From positions 128,001 to 192,000 of IMG/VR virus record IMGVR_UViG_3300033073_001153: DNA of 64,000 nucleotides; one strand, 5' to 3'. Positions 44,468-54,664 of this stretch are shown here, in pieces (positions within the stretch are counted from its first letter, which is position 1; every line of letters starts with the position of its first letter). This DNA is from a virus (Duplodnaviria; Caudoviricetes). A program made the position numbers and the translations under genes. The notes below the pieces were generated by a model. It did not search any database. It was not told the origin of the DNA and saw only the letters and a list, made by a program, of their open reading frames with translations.

Positions 44468-46324
44468 ATGGCAAATATTATTCGTATCAAACGTCGTCTA
44501 GATGAAGTCGGAGCCCTTTCTGGAGCACCAGCTTCTCTACTTAATGCAGAACTCGCCTTCAACGAAGTCGATAACACACTTTACTATGGTCGTGGAGATG
44601 ATGGTAGTGGTGTAGCAACTGAAATCATACCTATTGGTGGTAATGGGTATGTTGAGGAAATTGCTGCTGGTCTTACTGGTGCTATTGACACTCTTCGTTC
44701 AGAAGTCGATTCTGTTTCTTCTTTTCTTGACAGCAAAATTGATTCACTTTCTTCATCTGTAGATTCTCAGCTTTCTGATCTACATGCAGAAATGGTCACC
44801 GCTTCTGGTGCTTTAGATTCTAAAATTGATTCTGAAGTAGCAGGTTTACATTCAGAAATGGTTGCTGCTTCTGGCGCACTTCATGCTGAAATGGTTGCAG
44901 CTTCCGCTGCTCTTGATTCTAAAATTGACTCTGAAGTTTCAACTCTTGAGGGGACAATTGAACAACTTCGCACTGAAACTGTAGCTGCTTCTGGCCAATT
45001 AGCCAGTGATTTAGCTGCTGAAGTATTACGTGCTACTACTGCTGAAACTGCACTATCTGGTGCAATCGATGCAGCTAATACCCGTATCGATAATGTTCTC
45101 AGCAACATTGATCCAGCCGCTCTTGATTCATTAACTGAAATCGTAAGTGCCTTTCAAGCCGCTGATGGCAGTCTTAATGATACTATAACCAACCTTGCAA
45201 ATACTGCATCTTCTAACCTAGCTTCTGTTAGCGGTGTATTACAAGGTGAAATTGACGATCTTCGGGCTGAAACTGTCGCTGCTAGTGGCACCCTTCAGGG
45301 CGAAATTGACACACTTAACGCAACTCTTGTAAGCGTTTCAGGTGAACTTAGCCAAGACATTGCTGATGCTGCTTCTGCTGCTCATACCGAACTCGTAACT
45401 GTTTCCGGTGAACTAGCTCAAGACATTCTTGATGCTGCTGATGCAGCCCACACTGAACTCGTTTCAGTTTCTGGTGAACTCTCACAAGATATCGCTGATG
45501 CCGCTTCTGCTGCTCACACTGAACTTGTTTCAGTTTCTGGTGAACTCTCACAAGACATTGCTGATGCTGCTTCTGCTGCTCACACTGAACTTGTCACTGT
45601 TTCCGGTGAACTTTCACAAGATATCGCTGATGCTGCTTCTGCTGCTCATACTGAACTAGTAACTGTTTCTGGCGAACTTTCACAAGATATCGCTGATGCA
45701 GTTTCAAATGCAAACGCTGCATTAGCTACTGTTTCTGGCGAACTCGCTCAAGACATTGTTGATGCTGCTGATGCTGCTCATTCTGAATTAGTCTCTGTTT
45801 CTGGACTTCTTAGTCAAGACATTGCGACAGCAGTTTCAGATGCTCACACTGAACTTGTAACTGTTTCTGGAGCTTTAGAGACCGAAATCGGTTCTTTAAG
45901 CTCTGACATGATTGCTCGTGATGCTCAGGTTCTTTCTGACGCACAAGCTTATGCCGACCAGAAAATTTCTGATCTTGTCGGGGGTGCTCCAGCACTTCTC
46001 GATACACTCCGCGAACTTGCAAGTGCTATTGGTGATGATGAAAGTTTCGTCGTAACAATGGCAAACAACTATGCAACTCTAAGCTCTGCTTTAGTTGCTA
46101 GTGAAAATGCTGCCGATGCACGTCTCGATGTTCTAGAATCTGCCGTTGATAGCTTAACTGGTGCTTCTGGTGTAACTGTTCTCGGTACTATTGCTGCACA
46201 AAATTACGATGCAGTAAGTATCACTGGCGGTTCAATGACTGATGTAACCATCAGTGCAACCGTTAGTGGAACAATTACTAATTACACATTAGTTAATTGT
46301 GCAATGGATGCAGGTACTTTCTAA
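44468..46324 (+). CDS. Long coiled-coil fibre protein
   Basis: IKRR..ELAFNE N-module, 22-aa repeats, APALLDTLRELASAIGDD motif, C-terminal DAGTF. Confidence 0.8.
   Translation: MANIIRIKRRLDEVGALSGAPASLLNAELAFNEVDNTLYYGRGDDGSGVATEIIPIGGNGYVEEIAAGLTGAIDTLRSEVDSVSSFLDSKIDSLSSSVDSQLSDLHAEMVTASGALDSKIDSEVAGLHSEMVAASGALHAEMVAASAALDSKIDSEVSTLEGTIEQLRTETVAASGQLASDLAAEVLRATTAETALSGAIDAANTRIDNVLSNIDPAALDSLTEIVSAFQAADGSLNDTITNLANTASSNLASVSGVLQGEIDDLRAETVAASGTLQGEIDTLNATLVSVSGELSQDIADAASAAHTELVTVSGELAQDILDAADAAHTELVSVSGELSQDIADAASAAHTELVSVSGELSQDIADAASAAHTELVTVSGELSQDIADAASAAHTELVTVSGELSQDIADAVSNANAALATVSGELAQDIVDAADAAHSELVSVSGLLSQDIATAVSDAHTELVTVSGALETEIGSLSSDMIARDAQVLSDAQAYADQKISDLVGGAPALLDTLRELASAIGDDESFVVTMANNYATLSSALVASENAADARLDVLESAVDSLTGASGVTVLGTIAAQNYDAVSITGGSMTDVTISATVSGTITNYTLVNCAMDAGTF
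45330..45870 (+). repeat. 66-nt coding tandem repeat
   Basis: About 8 copies of ADAASAAHTELVTVSGELSQDI. Confidence 0.9.
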
Positions 46325-46350
46325 GTTAATTTAGAAATATAAAAGCTTAT

Positions 46351-46388
46351 AGGGGGTGGTGGTTGGGTTTTACACCACCCCCTTTCTT
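46351..46388 (+). terminator. Intrinsic terminator
   Basis: AGGGGGTGGT/ACCACCCCCT + TTCTT. Confidence 0.65.
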
Positions 46389-46420
46389 CCAAAACCCAAA
46401 AATTTTTATATATAATAAAT

Positions 46421-46750
46421 ATGGCAAATACATTTCAAATTAAACGCAGAACTAGCGGATCAGCAGGTGCTCCAGCTTCATTACTAGGTGGAGAACTTGC
46501 ATTCAACGAAGTAGACGAAACACTGTATTATGGTGCTGCTAGTGGAGTAGTACCAATTGGTGGTAAAGGTGCATTCGTTACTCTCGACACTCAACAAACT
46601 GTTGTCGAAGATAAAACATTCACTGGTGCAGTTGATCTTGGATCAGCCGCAGTAACTATAACACAATCAAGAACTGATAGTAGCGTAGCCGTCGCAAACA
46701 CACAATTCGTACAAGATGTAGCATCATTACTCGATGGCGGAAGCTTCTAA
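46421..46750 (+). CDS. Short fibre module protein
   Basis: QIKRR..GELAFNE; C-terminal LDGGSF. Confidence 0.8.
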   Translation: MANTFQIKRRTSGSAGAPASLLGGELAFNEVDETLYYGAASGVVPIGGKGAFVTLDTQQTVVEDKTFTGAVDLGSAAVTITQSRTDSSVAVANTQFVQDVASLLDGGSF

Positions 46751-46772
46751 CTTGGAGGGTTAACCTAAAATT

Positions 46773-47435
46773 ATGGCTAATACCTTTCAAATTAAACGTA
46801 GAACAACCGGACAAGCAGGTGCTCCAACTTCATTAGCTAATGGTGAATTGGCATTCAATGAAGTAAATAGCAGTTTGTACTACGGTATGGCAGATGGATC
46901 AGTTCAACCAATAGTTAATATTGGTGGTTCTGGTAACTATCTTACTGTATCTACACAACAAACTATTTCTGGTGATAAAGCATTTACTGCGTCTGTCGTT
47001 CTTTCTTCTGCTGTAGTATCTACCGCAGTTCTAACTGCTAGTGGAGCAGAAGTTGCTAATACTGAATTCGTACAAAATGTATTTGCCGTTCTTGACGGTG
47101 GATATTTTGACGATTTTTATACTCCTCCTACTCCTTCAGGTACTGGTAAATATTTCTATTCTACCAGCAGCACTGATTGGAGCAGCTTGAGTAACTGGTT
47201 CACCAACGTTCAACATACAACCCAAGCAGGATCACTTCCAACATCAGCTACTGATGTAGTTATCCTTGGAAATGTTGCACCAATTGTTAACCTAGATGCA
47301 AATTACTGGGTACAACCAAATTCAATTGATGCTGGAACCGCTGGTATCGTATTCAATTCAAGTAACTTTGGTAACGTAACCTGCTCAATCTCAGGTAATG
47401 CTACCTTCAACGGAAACTCAACTTATAACGTATAA
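46773..47435 (+). CDS. Fibre module protein (paralog of 46421 with extra C-terminal domain)
   Basis: QIKRR..GELAFNE; internal LDGGYF; WSSLSNW. Confidence 0.8.
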   Translation: MANTFQIKRRTTGQAGAPTSLANGELAFNEVNSSLYYGMADGSVQPIVNIGGSGNYLTVSTQQTISGDKAFTASVVLSSAVVSTAVLTASGAEVANTEFVQNVFAVLDGGYFDDFYTPPTPSGTGKYFYSTSSTDWSSLSNWFTNVQHTTQAGSLPTSATDVVILGNVAPIVNLDANYWVQPNSIDAGTAGIVFNSSNFGNVTCSISGNATFNGNSTYNV

Positions 47436-49396
47436 TGGGCGTAGAAAATATTCAAATTGATGGAGTAGGTAGTTTCTTTGATTCTACTGAAAATGCAGGA
47501 GTAGTTGCTTATGCAAGTTTTGGAGATACTGCTGTTAATAGTGGTACTATCTCTGTTTCTGCTGAGTTTTCACTTAGTGCTGCAAATCATGGAACTGTAA
47601 CAGAAGTTGCAGTTTTCCAAGGTAATGCAGTAAACACAGGAACAGTTGCCGTTGCTGAATTTAAAGACGGAGCAGTTAATGCCGGTACAGTTAGTACTTC
47701 TGCGGTATTCGCAGATAGCACTACAAACACTGGTACTGTTGCTGCTGCTGTATTCCAAGATACTGCAAAAAATGATGGTGGTACTGTAACAGGAAACGCT
47801 ACATTTGCTGATACTGCCGAAAATATCGGTACAGTTGTAGGAAATGCTGTATTTACAGATTCTGCTGAAAATAAAGGTGCTATTGCTGGTGATGCAATTT
47901 TTGCTGATACTACAGTAAATACTGGAACTGTTTCAGGTAATGCTCAAGTTGCAGATACTGCTGATAATAGCGGTGGTACTGTAGTTGGAAGTGTTTCTGC
48001 TTATGTACCACCTAATAATAATCCTGCTGCGGGCACAGTATTGTCTGCTGGATTAGTCGCTTATGCTACTATTGAAGGATCTCAAATTGATGTAGGAACA
48101 TATGATGTTGTTGCAGATGGTAATGGTGGTTCAACAAATAATTATAATTATACTGTTGCTGGCACATATCAAGCCGCAAATGGATCATGGTATACATTTG
48201 ATGGAGCTGGTAATGGTGGTTATGCTTCTGGTACACTGCAATTAGCATCAGATTCTAACAAATGGTATACATTTGATGGAGCTGGTAATGGTGGTTATGC
48301 TTCTGGTACACTGCAAGCAGTATCAGATTTTAACAAATGGTATACATTTGATAGTAATGGTGGTGGTTCATATGCTTTAGGAACATTCCAATTAGCATCA
48401 GATTCTAACAAATGGTATACATTTGATGGAGCTGGTAATGGGGGTTATGCTTCTGGCACATTCCAATTAGCATCAGATTCTAACAAATGGTACACATTTG
48501 ATGGACTTGGTGGAGGAGGATATGCTTCTGGCACATTCCAATTAGCATCAGATTCTAACAAATGGTACACATTTGATGGACTTGGTGGAGGAGGATATGC
48601 TTCTGGCACATTCCAATTAGCATCAGATTCTAACAAATGGTACACATTTGATGGAGCTGGTGGAGGAGGATATGCTTCTGGTACATTCCAATTAGCATCA
48701 GATTCTAACAAATGGGTTACATTTGATGGAGCTGGTGGTGGAGGTTATGCTTCTGGAACATTCCAATTAGCATCAGATTCTAACAAATGGTACACATTTG
48801 ATGGACTTGGTGGTGGTGTATATACTTCAGGCATTCTTAAATCAGCATCGGATCTTAAATGGTATACTTATAATGGTAATGGTGGTAGATCACTATTGTC
48901 AGTAGGCGCATACTTAATTGGGTCTAGTTATTACTCTATTGATAATGGAGTAGAAGGTAATACCCTTGCAAATGGTTTACGTGAGCTAGTAGATGACGGC
49001 ATTTGGAGATACTTTAATACTGGGTCATATGTTAGCTATGTAGTTTCTAATGAAATACAGCAAGCTGCTAATAATATATGGTACTCATTCGACAACGATG
49101 GTAAGGCATCTTCTTTCCCATCTGGGTTAGCTCAAGACTTAAATAATAATTGGTATATATTTGATGGAGCTGGTGGCGGTTCACGAGTCTATGAATTCAC
49201 TGACTATACAGCCGATATTAGTGTAAATTACTATGCTTCTAGCTCAACATTAGCATTAGGAGTTGTAATATACAACGGTGATGGAACTATTCATAACGGT
49301 CAAAGCGACATCACAATTGGTGATATAGTATATTCTATCGAAAATGATGGCAGCGGTGAGATCTATGGTATGGTAGATACTAATCCGTATAATTAA
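47435..49396 (+). CDS. Beta-helix + WYTFD repeat receptor-binding/fibre protein
   Basis: AxFxDxAxNxG solenoid repeats, then 25-aa repeats. Confidence 0.75.
   Translation: MGVENIQIDGVGSFFDSTENAGVVAYASFGDTAVNSGTISVSAEFSLSAANHGTVTEVAVFQGNAVNTGTVAVAEFKDGAVNAGTVSTSAVFADSTTNTGTVAAAVFQDTAKNDGGTVTGNATFADTAENIGTVVGNAVFTDSAENKGAIAGDAIFADTTVNTGTVSGNAQVADTADNSGGTVVGSVSAYVPPNNNPAAGTVLSAGLVAYATIEGSQIDVGTYDVVADGNGGSTNNYNYTVAGTYQAANGSWYTFDGAGNGGYASGTLQLASDSNKWYTFDGAGNGGYASGTLQAVSDFNKWYTFDSNGGGSYALGTFQLASDSNKWYTFDGAGNGGYASGTFQLASDSNKWYTFDGLGGGGYASGTFQLASDSNKWYTFDGLGGGGYASGTFQLASDSNKWYTFDGAGGGGYASGTFQLASDSNKWVTFDGAGGGGYASGTFQLASDSNKWYTFDGLGGGVYTSGILKSASDLKWYTYNGNGGRSLLSVGAYLIGSSYYSIDNGVEGNTLANGLRELVDDGIWRYFNTGSYVSYVVSNEIQQAANNIWYSFDNDGKASSFPSGLAQDLNNNWYIFDGAGGGSRVYEFTDYTADISVNYYASSSTLALGVVIYNGDGTIHNGQSDITIGDIVYSIENDGSGEIYGMVDTNPYN
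48188..48859 (+). repeat. 75-nt coding tandem repeat
   Basis: 9 copies of WYTFDGAGxGGYASGTFQLASDSNK. Confidence 0.92.
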
Positions 49397-49398
49397 TT

Positions 49399-50832
49399 AT
49401 GAAAATATCAATTCCTGATAAAATAAAATCAGAAATTGATGTTATAGAAGCAGTTTATTTAGAAACTGATAATACAAATGCCGGGGAGAAATCCCCGGCA
49501 TTTGTCGGTTCTATAATATCAGATAAACATATAAGAAAAATTTCATTTATAGAATTGAGTAATTCTGTATATGAAAGGTGCTCTAATATACAATACAGAA
49601 TATTATACAAAAATGGAGTTACCGAAATTTTGAAGTTTTTTACAAAACAAGATAGTTTATATAAATTCGGAATAAACGAAAATAATTTTAAATCAACGAT
49701 AATAAAACCAGATAATGAAAGAAAATGTTTTTTAAAAGACAAAAGCAAGAAATTAATAAAAAATATCAATTCTTTTTTTAACACAATCTGTGAATATTTT
49801 AAAGAACCCTTAATTTATTTTTTCAAAACCATAAGTTTATACTTTAGGAAAATTTTTATTAAAAATAAAAAAAGTTATTTCGTTCATACTGGAAGTGCTA
49901 AAGATTTAGTTAAAACAAATAACAAATCAAATTATCCCAACACTAAATTAGGTAAAAAAAGAGTAATAAGTAAATTAAACCAAAAATATAAAAAAGCTTT
50001 AAAAGAAAAAACACATTCTGTCGGAGATAAGAATTTAATTTATTATTCAGTTGCTGGTTCTGAAGATTGGATAGATTTATTAAAAATTAATATATTTTCC
50101 TTATTAAAATTTAAAGATGTAGATGTAGATTTATTGTTTATAACAACAAATAAATTAAAAAAAGAAATACTAAAAATAGAAAACATAGACAAATTAAATA
50201 TAGATTTTTTAATTGTTAAAGAGCCGGAAGATGGAATAGAAGCTTCTATGAACAAGCTGTTAATTTACAAATACAAAAAAATTAAAAGCTACGGTAAAAT
50301 TTTGTTTTTAGATTGTGACACAAAAATAGTAAACCTTATATCAAATATATTTAATAATATTTTAAATCCTGAAAAATTTTATACAGCATGGAAATCTTAT
50401 TATATAAATAAAATTCTTTTTGATGCATTCAGCCAACCTTTTCATGGGATAGGTTTATTTACTGGGGAAGATGTGGAAAATTGTAGAAAAAACAATCAAC
50501 ATCCTTTTAATGCTGGTCAATTTCTTTTCTGTGTAAATGACATGATGTTAAAACATATAGAAAATGTACATTGGCTTTCTAAAGAATGGCCGGGAGATTA
50601 TTTCTTTGAACAGGCTTTTCTAGTACATTATATGTGTTTATATAATTTAACTGAATCTAGTTTATTAGATGAAAAAGTAAACTTATATTCAATAAATCCA
50701 AAAGAACCTTCTTGTGCTACTGTAAAAGATATAAATGATGAAAAAGTAGTCATTTTTCATTTTATAGGAAATTCCGCAAATATAGACTTCAAATTAAACT
50801 TTATTAAAAACTTTACAAATGCCAATATCTAA
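49399..50832 (+). CDS. Glycosyltransferase (GT-A, GT8-like C-terminal domain)
   Basis: KILFLDCD (DxD), FNAGQFLF, FFEQ, IFHFIG. Confidence 0.75.
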   Translation: MKISIPDKIKSEIDVIEAVYLETDNTNAGEKSPAFVGSIISDKHIRKISFIELSNSVYERCSNIQYRILYKNGVTEILKFFTKQDSLYKFGINENNFKSTIIKPDNERKCFLKDKSKKLIKNINSFFNTICEYFKEPLIYFFKTISLYFRKIFIKNKKSYFVHTGSAKDLVKTNNKSNYPNTKLGKKRVISKLNQKYKKALKEKTHSVGDKNLIYYSVAGSEDWIDLLKINIFSLLKFKDVDVDLLFITTNKLKKEILKIENIDKLNIDFLIVKEPEDGIEASMNKLLIYKYKKIKSYGKILFLDCDTKIVNLISNIFNNILNPEKFYTAWKSYYINKILFDAFSQPFHGIGLFTGEDVENCRKNNQHPFNAGQFLFCVNDMMLKHIENVHWLSKEWPGDYFFEQAFLVHYMCLYNLTESSLLDEKVNLYSINPKEPSCATVKDINDEKVVIFHFIGNSANIDFKLNFIKNFTNANI

Positions 50833-51421
50833 CACTCATAAATTATGTTTTGTTCATATACCTAAATCTGCTGGTTCTTCAGTAGAAACAGCATTAGATA
50901 TGAAACATTTAGAATGTCTTTATACACATTACAAATATAAATTGTATAGTGTAACGGCGCAACATTTATATCTTTCTGAAATTTGTAAAGAAATACCGGA
51001 ATCTGAAAAATATGATATATTTACAGTAGTGCGTAATCCTTTCGACAGATTAGTATCAGAGTATAAACATTATCATAAAAATTGGTGGGCAAGAGAGTTT
51101 TTTAATAAAAATTTTGACGAATTCGTTAATACTGTTTTTTCTTTATCAAAAGAAGAAAGAATATTTAAATTTGACAATCATTTAGAACCACAAGTTAATT
51201 TTTTAAATAGACCCGATTTAAACGTGAATGTATTTAAATTTGAAGAATTGCCTGTTTTGGAACAATGGCTTTCCGAAAAAACTAAACAAAATATAAAACT
51301 TCCTCACGAAAGAAAAACAGAGAAAACAAATTATAAGGACTTTTATAAAGCCAAAAAAACTTATGAAATTGTTGAAAATTTTTATAAAGAAGATTTAGGA
51401 AAATTTTCTTATGATTTTTAA
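50819..51421 (+). CDS. Sulfotransferase family 2 protein
   Basis: FVHIPKSAGSS (PAPS loop), VRNPFDRLVSEY, HLEPQ, DLGKFSY. Confidence 0.88.
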   Translation: MPISNTHKLCFVHIPKSAGSSVETALDMKHLECLYTHYKYKLYSVTAQHLYLSEICKEIPESEKYDIFTVVRNPFDRLVSEYKHYHKNWWAREFFNKNFDEFVNTVFSLSKEERIFKFDNHLEPQVNFLNRPDLNVNVFKFEELPVLEQWLSEKTKQNIKLPHERKTEKTNYKDFYKAKKTYEIVENFYKEDLGKFSYDF

Positions 51422-51485
51422 CAACTATAATTAAAAATGTATAACTCATTTAGGATAAATAATATATGGACATCTGTCTATTCAT

Positions 51486-51773
51486 ATGCCTACTTTAAAC
51501 TTTGATCCAGAATTAACAGCTTATTTTACGGAATATAGCTCTAATGTCGGCGTGACGCAATATGGAGTATTTTCTGATAATTCAGAGAATACAGGTGTTG
51601 TTGTCTTAAATGCCATGTTTTCACAAAACTCTAAAAATAGTGGTGATGTATATGGTGATGCAGTTTTCAATAATTATTCCGTAAATGAAGGAATGGTTCA
51701 TGGAAATGCATATGTTACATCTACTGCGACCGTACCTGCCAGCAGCGTTGCTGGTACAATAACTCTTATTTAA
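51486..51773 (+). CDS. Small beta-helix structural protein
   Basis: FxxxSxNxG repeats as in 47435; TAAATA at 51456-51461. Confidence 0.65.
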   Translation: MPTLNFDPELTAYFTEYSSNVGVTQYGVFSDNSENTGVVVLNAMFSQNSKNSGDVYGDAVFNNYSVNEGMVHGNAYVTSTATVPASSVAGTITLI

Positions 51774-51779
51774 TAAATT

Positions 51780-53951
51780 ATGTCAAATCCAAACTCTCAA
51801 CTCGACGGACTAGGAAGTTTTAATCAATCCGCTCAAAATGCAGGAACTATCAAGTATGGAGCATTCTTAAATGCTTCAAAAAACCTTGGTATGATTGCAT
51901 TAAGTGCTACATTCGGTAATACTTCACAAAACTTAGGAACAATTGGTGATATACTTCCAATAACAACTGCATCTATCGTTCAATCAAATTCTGCTAATTG
52001 GGACACTGCATATACCGCAGTAGTATCAAATAGCGCAATTTGGGCACTTAGTGGTAGCGGTGTATCAGAACAATTGGTAGGTGATGTAGTAAGTGCTGTT
52101 ATTAACACAGATAGCTTCGTACAAACTACTGATCCCAGACTTTCTGATATAGCATTAGGTGTTGATGCATATAATCAATTAGGATCTTTATCTTCTTCAG
52201 TTTCCGAATTACAAAATGAACACGATTCTCTTTTAAATAGTGTTCAATCTAATAGTGCAGCATGGATGTCTAATGACACTTCAAATTCCGAATCTTGGGA
52301 TGCGGTTACTTCATATATTAGATCAAATTCAGCTTCTTTAGTTTTTACTAATGACAGCAGATTAGCTGATGTTCCTAATGGAAATGTTGCTTACACTTAT
52401 TTACAATCTGTTTCTGGTGACTTTATCTTAGAAGGAGATAGCAGACTAAGTGATGCACGTACTCCAGTTGCTCATAACCACGATGCTTCTGCTATAACTA
52501 GTGGTAAATTAGATCCAGCAAGATTACCAGTTATTCCCTCACAAGAACAAGTTCTTATAACTGGTGTGATGTACACAGCAGATTCTTCTTATAGTAGCGG
52601 AGATGATCATTTCACTCATTATCTCTCTTCTATTAATCAAGGAACTATCGTTACTACTACTGATGGTTATCGTTGGGTATACACTGGTTCTGGAGACAAA
52701 CGTTATGACAGTTCATATGTATTACTAGCAGATATAACTCCCGATTGGAGTGTTATTTCTAATAAACCAGCATCTTTCCCAGTTGATGCACATACTCATG
52801 TTATTTCTTCTATTACTAATTTAGAAAATAGATTAGAAACTCTCCAAGATAATATCGATGCCAAACAAAATAGCGGAGATTATGTATTAAACAGTGATTC
52901 TCGTTTCACTGTATTAGCTACTAATAGTGCTCAATGGGGAGAAAGCACAGTACAAGGTTATAATGCATATACCTATGTAAATTCTAACTCTGCTTCATTA
53001 GTTTTAACAAGTGATTCTAGACTCACAGATGCACGTACACCAGTTTCACATACTCATAATATTAGTGGAGTTGTTGGACTTCAATCTGCTTTAGATGATA
53101 AAGCTTCCTCATCTGATCTTAATGGAAAAGCAAGTTTATCTGCATTTAATGTTTTAAATACATTAGTAGAAGAAAATAGCGGAACTTGGGAAGGAGTTGG
53201 AATAGTTTACAATTATGTAAAAACTACTTCTGCTGCTGCTGTCTACAGTGATGATGTTCGTTTAGCAAGAGCTAATACTGCTTATACATATGTAAACACA
53301 AATTCTGGTAATGTAAGTAACGGAACTACTGCATATACTTATGTAAATACAAATTCGGCTAATCTTGTACTAACTAATGATAGTAGATTATCTAATACAT
53401 CTACTGCATACAGCTATGTTACTGCAAATTCAGCGAATATTGTAATGACATCAGATAGTAGATTAACTAATGGAACTACCGCATATACTTATGTAAATTC
53501 CAACTCAGCTAATCTCGTACTAACTACTGATACTAGATTATCTAGAGCAAATACAGCATTTACTACTATTACTGCAAATTCTGGTAGTTGGGCTTCAGGA
53601 GCAATCGGATCAATTAACTATACAATTGATGGTGGCGGAAGTGCCATTACAACTGGCAGTAAAGGATTCGTACAAGTTCCAACTAATTTTGTAATCCAAG
53701 AATGGAATATTTTTGCTGATTTAGAAACAACTTCATTTACTGTTGATGTTCGTAAAGCATCTTATGCAAATCTTCCAACTACTAGCACAATTACAAATTC
53801 TGATTTCTTAACATTAACTAATCAACAAAAGAATCGTAATTCATCTGTAAGTTGGACAAATATTAGTGCTGGAGAGTTTGTGGAATTTTATGTCACTGAT
53901 GCATCTAATGCTTCTATGATTAATATTTCTCTCAAAGGTATTCGTAGTTAA
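51780..53951 (+). CDS. Tail/head fibre protein
   Basis: DSRLSDARTPxxHxH, AYTYVNxNSAxLVLTxDSRL repeats. Confidence 0.8.
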   Translation: MSNPNSQLDGLGSFNQSAQNAGTIKYGAFLNASKNLGMIALSATFGNTSQNLGTIGDILPITTASIVQSNSANWDTAYTAVVSNSAIWALSGSGVSEQLVGDVVSAVINTDSFVQTTDPRLSDIALGVDAYNQLGSLSSSVSELQNEHDSLLNSVQSNSAAWMSNDTSNSESWDAVTSYIRSNSASLVFTNDSRLADVPNGNVAYTYLQSVSGDFILEGDSRLSDARTPVAHNHDASAITSGKLDPARLPVIPSQEQVLITGVMYTADSSYSSGDDHFTHYLSSINQGTIVTTTDGYRWVYTGSGDKRYDSSYVLLADITPDWSVISNKPASFPVDAHTHVISSITNLENRLETLQDNIDAKQNSGDYVLNSDSRFTVLATNSAQWGESTVQGYNAYTYVNSNSASLVLTSDSRLTDARTPVSHTHNISGVVGLQSALDDKASSSDLNGKASLSAFNVLNTLVEENSGTWEGVGIVYNYVKTTSAAAVYSDDVRLARANTAYTYVNTNSGNVSNGTTAYTYVNTNSANLVLTNDSRLSNTSTAYSYVTANSANIVMTSDSRLTNGTTAYTYVNSNSANLVLTTDTRLSRANTAFTTITANSGSWASGAIGSINYTIDGGGSAITTGSKGFVQVPTNFVIQEWNIFADLETTSFTVDVRKASYANLPTTSTITNSDFLTLTNQQKNRNSSVSWTNISAGEFVEFYVTDASNASMINISLKGIRS

Positions 53952-53974
53952 TTAAATTAATAATTTAATCTAAT

Positions 53975-54010
53975 AAAAAGAAGGAGTGGGAAACTGCTCC
54001 TTCTTTTTTT
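53975..54010 (+). terminator. Intrinsic terminator
   Basis: AAGAAGGAGTGG/CTGCTCCTTCTT + T tract. Confidence 0.75.
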
Positions 54011-54058
54011 ATTTATAAGATGAAATTCTAGCATTTTGATGTAAATACTCAAAAAGCA

Positions 54059-54352
54059 ATGGAACCTAGTAGAACTATTTTAATAAAACGAAGAAAAGTC
54101 GGTCCAAGTGGTCCGCCGAATTCGTTACATAATGGAGAATTAGCTTTTAATGAAATTAATAGAGTTCTTTATTATGGTTTGGGAAACGATGGTAATGGAA
54201 TTGCCGAAGAGATAATACCTATAGCAGGTGGATTTAATTCATTAATAGAAAACGCAACAGTAACTACTCTTTCGAGTGTTAGCGCATCAGAGGATTATTT
54301 AATAATAAATATAAATGGCCAACAGAGGGCATTGAGATTATTTGATTTCTAA
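54059..54352 (+). CDS. Short fibre N-module protein
   Basis: IKRR..GELAFNE..LYYG. Confidence 0.75.
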   Translation: MEPSRTILIKRRKVGPSGPPNSLHNGELAFNEINRVLYYGLGNDGNGIAEEIIPIAGGFNSLIENATVTTLSSVSASEDYLIININGQQRALRLFDF

Positions 54353-54388
54353 AAAAGAAAATATGATCAAAAAAGGATAAATAATAAT

Positions 54389-54649
54389 ATGCCCTATATT
54401 CATAAGTTCACTAAAGAGTTGGAACAGTTTGGGTTATGTAGTTTCCGATTAAATTTATCTGATCCCGATCTTATTCTTCCAGAATTAAATATTCCAGTTG
54501 TTTTTCGTAGTGGAGAAGATACTGAAGAAGCTATGACACAATTAGCTACACGTATGATACAAGAACAAACTGAATTATTCTTGCAATCATTAGTAGCAGA
54601 ACAACCAGTTACTGAAGTACAACCAGTTTCTGATGAATTTCAAATTTAA
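54389..54649 (+). CDS. Hypothetical late protein
   Basis: TAAATA at 54377-54382. Confidence 0.65.
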   Translation: MPYIHKFTKELEQFGLCSFRLNLSDPDLILPELNIPVVFRSGEDTEEAMTQLATRMIQEQTELFLQSLVAEQPVTEVQPVSDEFQI

Positions 54650-54664
54650 TATTTTTAACTAAAA

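Noticed and set aside
45330-45870. Possible CRISPR or DGR repeat
   Set aside because: 66-nt coding coiled-coil repeat with mostly synonymous variation; no reverse transcriptase and no adenine-specific TR/VR pattern
48188-48859. Possible CRISPR array
   Set aside because: Contiguous 75-nt in-frame coding repeats with no unique spacers
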